The notes under the pieces were generated by a model that worked only from the letters and a program-made list of their open reading frames with translations, made no database searches and was not told the DNA's origin. The translations under genes were made by a program, and so were the position numbers. From contig OZ244561.1 of NCBI GenBank assembly GCA_965217585.1, positions 4,256,001-4,320,000 of the forward strand: DNA of 64,000 bases, read 5' to 3'. This document shows, piece by piece, positions 58,092 through 64,000 of this stretch (position 1 is the stretch's first letter; each line of letters begins with the position of its first letter). This DNA comes from Candidatus Latescibacterota bacterium (lineage in GTDB: Bacteria; Latescibacterota; UBA2968; UBA8231).

Positions 58092-59143
58092 GGCGTCGTC
58101 GGTGCGTCCTCGCTCGGATCCCAGATGGTCGCCGCGATGTGCTGCTGGGGATGCTCGGCGCTATTGAAGTAGTAGATCGTCACGAGCTTACCGTCCGGTC
58201 TTACGACCATGCGCGGATAACCCATGTCTCCGTACTGCGCCCCGTCACGGATCGCGATCTCTTCACCCCACTGGGTCCCGTCAGGGGACGTGAATCGGGC
58301 GCGTATCCCGCTCTGTTTGCCTGCCCGGTAGCCGTAGGCGCACACGAGGCGTCCGTCGGCGAGGCGGACCAAAGCCGGCGGATTGCCGTTGGAGGGGAGG
58401 TCGGGCGGGTGGGTGGCGGCGACCTTGCCCAAGAAGCGCCAGGAGACGCCGCCATCGACCGATTCGGCCGAGTCGATCCAGCTATTCTTGACGAATTCTC
58501 CATCGACCTCCAGGTCCCGGCGGCGGCGCATGGCGCTGACGAGGTGCCCCTCGCCGACGCGCACCGTCGAGGGCATGACCGAACGCGTATCGGGCGGCTC
58601 GGGAAGCATCCAGGCGACGAAGGAGAAGCTCTTGCCGCCGTCGTTCGTGCGGGCGCAGAACGCCCTATCCCGGAGCCCCGCCATCACCTGTGGGGCCCGC
58701 ACCGACAGGAAGAACAGGCACTCGTTCTCGCCGAGGACGAGATAGTCGGTGCGGGATGTGAGCTGCTCGGAGAAGCCGAAATCCGGGAAAAGGTACGGCC
58801 CCCGCCAGGAGCGACAGCGATCGTAGGAGACGAGGAGGCGGTTGGCAGAGCAGCGGATCGCCAGATTGGGGTGGGTGAAGTCGATCGCCTCGGCCGGAAT
58901 CGGTTCCGCCGCCATATTATAGCTGGCCGCTTCTTCCCGCTGCCAACTCTCGCCCCCGTCGCGGCTGCGCGAAAGGGCTGGGAAGGATGGTTGCTCACCA
59001 CTGATTCGGTGGCCCTGTTCCTTGAACTCGTAGGCACCGTTCGTATAGCCAACGACGATCTCGTCCGCCCAGCTCCATACCCCATCGTTGGCCGGCCAGC
59101 CCAGGAATCGGCCTTCCTCTCTGGCTACGATAATATGCTTCAT
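58088..59143 (-). CDS. Sialidase-like BNR/Asp-box protein
   Basis: SRDGGESW, TNDGGKSF, SVDGGVSW, SPDGTQW, DMGYP. Confidence 0.8.
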   Translation of the reverse strand: MKHIIVAREEGRFLGWPANDGVWSWADEIVVGYTNGAYEFKEQGHRISGEQPSFPALSRSRDGGESWQREEAASYNMAAEPIPAEAIDFTHPNLAIRCSANRLLVSYDRCRSWRGPYLFPDFGFSEQLTSRTDYLVLGENECLFFLSVRAPQVMAGLRDRAFCARTNDGGKSFSFVAWMLPEPPDTRSVMPSTVRVGEGHLVSAMRRRRDLEVDGEFVKNSWIDSAESVDGGVSWRFLGKVAATHPPDLPSNGNPPALVRLADGRLVCAYGYRAGKQSGIRARFTSPDGTQWGEEIAIRDGAQYGDMGYPRMVVRPDGKLVTIYYFNSAEHPQQHIAATIWDPSEDAPTTP

Positions 59144-59180
59144 GAGACGACCTTCATGATGGCGTACGGGGATAAGAAGA

Positions 59181-59204
59181 AAGCCCCTGAAAAATCAGGG
59201 GCTT
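59181..59204 (-). terminator. Hairpin terminator after tRNA-Val(GAC)
   Basis: AAGCCCCTGA-AAAA-TCAGGGGCTT with TCTTCTT tail on the minus strand. Confidence 0.7.
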
Positions 59205-59210
59205 AGAAGA

Positions 59211-59287
59211 TGGTGGGCGATCGCAGACTTGAACTGCGGACCTCCTGCATGTCAAGCAGGCGCTCTAGCCAGCTGAGCTAATCGCCC
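59211..59287 (-). tRNA. tRNA-Val(GAC)
   Basis: GGGCGATTAGCTCAG...CCTGC-TTGACAT-GCAGG...GCCCACCA, 77 nt. Confidence 0.96.
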
Positions 59288-59316
59288 TCGTGTTGCCTAA
59301 TTGCAGACGGGCCAAT

Positions 59317-59345
59317 AATATATCCCAGCACACTAACTGCGTCAA
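59317..59345 (-). promoter_or_regulatory. Promoter of tRNA-Val(GAC)
   Basis: TTGACG-N17-TATATT on the minus strand. Confidence 0.65.
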
Positions 59346-59368
59346 GATTGCGCGAAGAGGAGAGCAAA

Positions 59369-60421
59369 ATGCCCACTACTTATCGAGTTGGACTCATCGG
59401 CTGCGGGCGCATGGGTGCCACCATTGACGACGAAGTCAAAGGCGGCCCCAATGCCCAACTCTTTCTGCCGTATTCGCACGCCGCGGCCATCGTTGCCTGC
59501 GAGCGGATGGAACTGGTCGCTGTCTGCGACCCGATCGAGGAGAAGGCCGAAAGGATCCGCGACCGCTACGGTGCCCAACGAGCCTATGCCGATTACAGGG
59601 AAATGATCGAGCGCGAAAACCTCGACGTGGTCAGCATTGCCACCCGGCCGGGTCCGCACGCCGAGCAGGTGATTTTCGCGGCCGAAGCTGGCGTCAAAGG
59701 CATCTACTGCGAGAAGTCGCTGTGCAACGCCGTGCACGAGATGGACGCCATGCTGCAAGCCTGCATGCCGCGGGGCGTCAAATTCAACTACGGCACGCAG
59801 CGGCGTTATGCCGCGCTCTACCGCGATGCTCGCGCCATGATCGAGCGCGGCGATATCGGCGAGGTACAGGCGGTTGTGGCAAACTGCGGGATCAGCGTGG
59901 CGCAATGGGGGCACACGCACGCGGCCGACATGATGCTCTTTTTCGCGCTGGACTCGGAGGCGGAATTCGCACAGGGGACGGTACAGGCAGAGGCCGCGGA
60001 TTGGGAGGGCGACCGGCTGACCATAGATCCGAGGATTAGCAATGGATACGTAAAGTTCAAAAACGAGATCCACGCCTATCTGGTGGGCACGCCCGGCTGG
60101 GAATTTGAAATCAGCGGCACCGAGGGTCAGCTACGCACCCTGAGCAATGGGATGGGCTATAGCTTGCGCAAGAAAGACGAGAACGGCGAGTTGCGCCCGG
60201 TGTCCGCGCCCGAAGCTGTCATTGAGAGCGGCACGCTGCGCGGAATGGAAGACATCGTCCGGGCAATCGACGAGGACGGCGATACCCAAGGCAATCTAAC
60301 GCTCGCCTGTCGCAGCCAAGAGCTAATTTTCGCGATCGTCGAGTCGCATCGGCAGGGTGGGGCGCGGGTGACCTTGCCGCTGGAGAACCGGGCCTTGTCG
60401 ATTGCTCCAGATCACTACTAG
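59369..60421 (+). CDS. Gfo/Idh/MocA family oxidoreductase
   Basis: GLIGCGRMG, DVVSIAT, YCEKSL; GAGGAG RBS. Confidence 0.88.
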   Translation: MPTTYRVGLIGCGRMGATIDDEVKGGPNAQLFLPYSHAAAIVACERMELVAVCDPIEEKAERIRDRYGAQRAYADYREMIERENLDVVSIATRPGPHAEQVIFAAEAGVKGIYCEKSLCNAVHEMDAMLQACMPRGVKFNYGTQRRYAALYRDARAMIERGDIGEVQAVVANCGISVAQWGHTHAADMMLFFALDSEAEFAQGTVQAEAADWEGDRLTIDPRISNGYVKFKNEIHAYLVGTPGWEFEISGTEGQLRTLSNGMGYSLRKKDENGELRPVSAPEAVIESGTLRGMEDIVRAIDEDGDTQGNLTLACRSQELIFAIVESHRQGGARVTLPLENRALSIAPDHY

Positions 60422-60426
60422 CGCCG

Positions 60427-60553
60427 ATGCAGATCAGCGCTGTCTCCTACGAGAAACATCGCAATTCCGCGCTAGAAGCTAGCGCGCCTGCTGTTGTTAG
60501 AGGCCCTGTATCGGTCCTTTGACATTTTAAGCGGCGGGCGTTACCACAAATAG
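60427..60553 (+). pseudogene. rlmH: rlmH relic with large internal deletion
   Basis: 60479-60553 encodes LARLLLLEALYRSFDILSGGRYHK*, matching the RlmH C-terminal consensus; MQISAVSYEK at 60427 is a plausible N-terminus in a different frame. Confidence 0.75.
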
Positions 60554-60562
60554 ACGCGCTGC

Positions 60563-61693
60563 TTAAAAGTACGTCATTAGCTTGTCCCAAATCCCCATGC
60601 GGCCGATGCTCTTTTCAGCGTGGATGGGCACCACGGCGAGCAGGCTATCGCCCAGCGAGACCCGCAGCTTGCCCACCTCGTCGCCCGCAGCGACCGGTGC
60701 CGGCAATTCCTCGGGCAGCTCTAGATGGCGGACGATATGTTTCTCCTGTTCGGAGGTGAGCACGGCCATTACGGTGTCTTGGGCCAAGACGCGTACCTCT
60801 GGCTCTATGCCCCAGTTGAGCACGACCTTGCCCATCAGCTCGCCGGTTTCGACGATGGGCACGCGCGAGAAGTTGTTAAAGCCCCAAGTTAGCAGGCGTT
60901 GGGTCTCTCGATTGCGGACGCGCACGGAGGAAGCCCCCAAGATCACAGAGATTAGGCGCATGTTGTGGCGCGTGGCCGTGGAAACGAGGCAGGAGCCAGC
61001 GCGCCGCGTATAGCCGGTTTTTAGCCCGTCAAGCCCTTGGAACCGCCCTAGCAGCCTGTTGGTGGCCCAGAGCGTGAACTTGCCGTTGCGAAAGGGCTTG
61101 CGGCGGGTGGACGACCATTGCAGCACCTCCGGATGATCGGCCAGGAGCACGCGGGCGATTTTGGAGAGATCGCGGGCCGTGCTTAGGTTGCCCTTGCCGC
61201 GCGGGGTGTTGTCGAGGCCGTGGACATTGACGCAGCGCGTGTCCTGCATCCCGAGGCTTTGGGCGCGCTTGTTCATCAGCTTGACAAATCCGGTGGTGGA
61301 GCCGCTGATGTGCTCGGCAATTGCGACGCAGGCATCGTTGGCCGAGGCAATTGCCACAGCCTCCATCAGTTCCTCCAGCGTAAAGACCTCTCCCTGCTTC
61401 AAGAAAACCTGAGAGCCGCCAGTGCGTGCAGCGCGACGGGAGACCGAGACCGAGTCCTCTAGTGAGATTTTGCCAGCTTTGACCAATTCTAGAACGACGA
61501 ACTCGAGCACCAGCTTTTGAGTACTGGCAGGCGAGCGCTTCAAGTCTGGATGGTGGGCAAAGAGCACGGTACCGCTTTCGGCTTCGAGCAAAATGGCGGC
61601 GGCATACGGCGGATTTGAGCCAGGGTCGAAGCCGGCAGCTTGAAGCGGTACCCAGGACAAACATATAGCGACACACAGCGAACGAATGTGCAT
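60563..61693 (-). CDS. D-alanyl-D-alanine carboxypeptidase (peptidase S11)
   Basis: PASTQK (SxxK), SAN (SxN), KTG, PBP5 C-terminal domain. Confidence 0.93.
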   Translation of the reverse strand: MHIRSLCVAICLSWVPLQAAGFDPGSNPPYAAAILLEAESGTVLFAHHPDLKRSPASTQKLVLEFVVLELVKAGKISLEDSVSVSRRAARTGGSQVFLKQGEVFTLEELMEAVAIASANDACVAIAEHISGSTTGFVKLMNKRAQSLGMQDTRCVNVHGLDNTPRGKGNLSTARDLSKIARVLLADHPEVLQWSSTRRKPFRNGKFTLWATNRLLGRFQGLDGLKTGYTRRAGSCLVSTATRHNMRLISVILGASSVRVRNRETQRLLTWGFNNFSRVPIVETGELMGKVVLNWGIEPEVRVLAQDTVMAVLTSEQEKHIVRHLELPEELPAPVAAGDEVGKLRVSLGDSLLAVVPIHAEKSIGRMGIWDKLMTYF

Positions 61694-61887
61694 TGTTTTT
61701 CTCGCTCAAAAAGCCAAAGGGAGTTACAAGGGATGGGCCTAAATGTAATAATTAAGACACTTTAGGTCAATCAAGATGTTGTACTGTCCATGTGGGCACC
61801 GAGAGGGGCGGTACACCGCCCTTTTGGTCGGCGGGCATTTGCTTGCGAGAGCCAGCAGCGTAATTTTAGTTCCAGAAAGGACGACAT

Positions 61888-62871
61888 ATGACTACGGCAA
61901 CCATACCTCAACTCACGTATAGCGGCAAGCCGATCGCCATGGATCAGGTACGCGAGCTCCGCCGCTCAGATGATATAACCGAAGATCGGGACGCACTCTG
62001 GCAGCGGATGGAAGAAGACGGGTATTTGTTTTTGCCTAAGTATTTGGACCGGCGAGAAGTGTTGGCGGCGCGGGCAGAATTGTGCGATCGCCTCTTCAAA
62101 TCCGGGGTGCTAGACCCGGCACGTCCGCCGATGGAAGGAGTAGTGGCGACGGACAAGACGATTAATCCAGCGGCCACTGGCCCGTTTATGCCGATCTTAG
62201 CGCGGGACAATCCGCCGCTGGACAAGGTCCTCTACGACGGTCCGATGATGGCTTTTTACGAATTCTTCTTAGGTGGGCCTGTCCGGCACTACGACTATAC
62301 TTGGTTCCGCGCCAAGCAGCCGGGCACTAACACAGCGACGACCCCGCATTGCGACATCGTCTATATGGGCCGAGGGACCAAGGCGCTCTATACGTCGTGG
62401 ACGCCCTTCAGCGATGTGCCCTACGAAATGGGGGGGCTGATGGTGTTGGAGGGATCGCATAAGAACCAAGCCCTGAAACAAGGCTACGGCCAGACCGATG
62501 TGGATGCGTTTTGCGAAAACGACGGCCCCACAGCGGGCCAAATCGTCGCGGTCGCTCAGCAACAGGGCCGCGAGCTGACACAAGAAGAACGCGAGCAAAT
62601 TCGCTGGAACTCGTCCGGGGCCTACTCGCACGACGCGATTGCCGTGCGCGAGGAGCTACAGGGGCGCTGGCTGACGGCCGAGTACCAGATGGGGGATTTG
62701 CTGGTCTTCTGTATGTACCTGCTGCACGCTAGCTCAGACAACCAGACGGACCGCATTCGCCTCTCTTCCGATACGCGCTACCAGCTTTCACACGAGCCAA
62801 TAGACGAGCGCTGGATCGGCGACGACCCGCCTGCGCACGGCATCCGCGCCAAGCGGGGCATGGTATGCTGA
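61888..62871 (+). CDS. Phytanoyl-CoA dioxygenase (PhyH) family Fe/2OG enzyme
   Basis: EDGYLFL, PHCD (HxD), GGLMVLEGSH, LLHAS, RLSSDTRY. Confidence 0.87.
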   Translation: MTTATIPQLTYSGKPIAMDQVRELRRSDDITEDRDALWQRMEEDGYLFLPKYLDRREVLAARAELCDRLFKSGVLDPARPPMEGVVATDKTINPAATGPFMPILARDNPPLDKVLYDGPMMAFYEFFLGGPVRHYDYTWFRAKQPGTNTATTPHCDIVYMGRGTKALYTSWTPFSDVPYEMGGLMVLEGSHKNQALKQGYGQTDVDAFCENDGPTAGQIVAVAQQQGRELTQEEREQIRWNSSGAYSHDAIAVREELQGRWLTAEYQMGDLLVFCMYLLHASSDNQTDRIRLSSDTRYQLSHEPIDERWIGDDPPAHGIRAKRGMVC

Positions 62872-63462
62872 TTAGTTGACGGCTGGATCTTTGGGAAACA
62901 CGGAGATGGGGCGGTATTTGCCCCCCATGGAATGGAGCACTGTTTGCCACATGGTTTCGGGCGTGGGCGCGAGGATCAATTCGGGGTCGCCTGGGGTCAA
63001 AAACCATGTGCCAGCGCCAATCTCGGATTCGAGCTGGCCCGGCTCCCAGCCGGCATAGCCCAAGTAGAACCGCAGCCGCGGCGCGTCGGTCCGGAGCACC
63101 TCGGTTTCGGCATACTTGGTGTCGAGGTTGCCGCCCAAATAGAGGCCATCGAGGATTTTTGTGCCTCCCTCGACTAAGCCGTCGAGCTGGTGCAAGAAGA
63201 AAAGATAGCGCTGGTGTACTGGCCCGCCCTGATAGAATATCCGACCCAACTCCGCACACGCATCTTCGCCGCCCGTGAGCTGTTGCAGGGACTCGGGCGC
63301 ATAGCGCCGAACCCGCTCGCCGAGGGGCCGGTTGAGCACTAAGCCCATGGTGATGTCTGTTTCGCTATAGTGGGTAATGAGCACGACCGCGCGGTCGAAG
63401 TCGAGCTCTTCGAGCGCGGGAGTAGCGACCAATAGGGTGCCGGTTTGGAGCGGTGCAGGCAT
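62872..63462 (-). CDS. YqgE/AlgH (UPF0301) family protein
   Basis: LLVATP, FDRAVVLI, GLVLNRP, GGPV, GYAGWEPGQLESEI. Confidence 0.9.
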   Translation of the reverse strand: MPAPLQTGTLLVATPALEELDFDRAVVLITHYSETDITMGLVLNRPLGERVRRYAPESLQQLTGGEDACAELGRIFYQGGPVHQRYLFFLHQLDGLVEGGTKILDGLYLGGNLDTKYAETEVLRTDAPRLRFYLGYAGWEPGQLESEIGAGTWFLTPGDPELILAPTPETMWQTVLHSMGGKYRPISVFPKDPAVN

Positions 63463-63530
63463 GATAGGTATCAGGTGTAGCGAGTGCTGCTATGGACGAT
63501 AATAAAGATCGCGTGGCGAGACAACCTCAC

Positions 63531-63998
63531 TCAAGAGTACGCCAAGTAGCGGTGGCGAATAGCGTCAAAGGCTTGGCACGCCTCGGCCCAAGCAGCCTGC
63601 AGCTCGGCGACGGCCGCGCCCCCATCGAGTGCGCGGCGGATCTGGTCGGTGCCGGCGAGGCGGTCAAAGTTGTGGATGCCACCGGCGGGCACGCGCCAAG
63701 CGAATTCGCTTGGATAGAGCCGACGCACGGCCGCGAGCGCCTCAAAGCCAACACCGACAGGCTCGACGGCCGCGCGATCGAGGACGTGGACTTGGACACC
63801 TCCGCAGGTTTCGCTCGCGTACTTGCCGGCCGCCGGCTGGAAAAACACCGGGCGGAAGCCCACCCCAGGCAGTGCTCGGCTGTTGAGTGCGTCGGCTAGG
63901 TGTGCCCCGTCGATAAACGGTGCGCCAACCTGCTCAAAAGGCTTGGCCGTCCCCCGTCCTTCAGACACGTTCGTTCCTTCGAAGAAGCAGGTTCCCGG
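63531..63998 (-). CDS. DUF1343 / NamZ-like exo-beta-N-acetylmuramidase, C-terminal part (5' truncated by window)
   Basis: CFFEGTNVSEGRGTAKPFEQVGAP, FDRLAGT, RHRYLAY. Confidence 0.85.
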   Translation of the reverse strand, partial: PGTCFFEGTNVSEGRGTAKPFEQVGAPFIDGAHLADALNSRALPGVGFRPVFFQPAAGKYASETCGGVQVHVLDRAAVEPVGVGFEALAAVRRLYPSEFAWRVPAGGIHNFDRLAGTDQIRRALDGGAAVAELQAAWAEACQAFDAIRHRYLAYS

Positions 63999-64000
63999 AT

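Overview
GC-rich bacterial chromosomal segment. Several secreted-protein signatures (DFxDFFxFADxFG-type EF-hand pairs, FlgD-like C-terminus, terminal W-x-x-x-K tail, sulfatase/PhyH/BNR genes) suggest Latescibacterota or a relative; this is inference only. The core backbone carries recD2, rel, hisC, mpl, dnaG, rho-rpmE2-DUF1385-prfA-prmC-radA-recA, hpt, a D,D-carboxypeptidase and three tRNAs (Val-CAC, Ile2-CAT, Val-GAC). Two regions stand out. (1) 10.7-21.3 kb: a tightly packed minus-strand operon encoding a 1609-aa M28-like/FtsX-permease fusion with rewired metal ligands, two large OPT-like membrane proteins, a two-repeat soluble protein and a PqqD/RRE-like protein, with no ABC ATPase. It is the best candidate for an uncharacterised peptide handling/transport machine. 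(2) 46.3-54.9 kb: an eroding integron-type cassette array with at least 6 complete attC-like sites plus half sites and no integrase in the window (CALIN); its cargo is mostly group-transfer enzymes. Also seen: an Hhe-like DUF4011-helicase-nuclease, an orphan HigA followed by an unannotated 58-aa ORF, an internally deleted rlmH relic, a paralog pair with a relocated EF-hand module, a candidate SOS operator at recA, and an apparent CCWG-erosion signature. All family calls come from motif recognition by eye; no searches were run.
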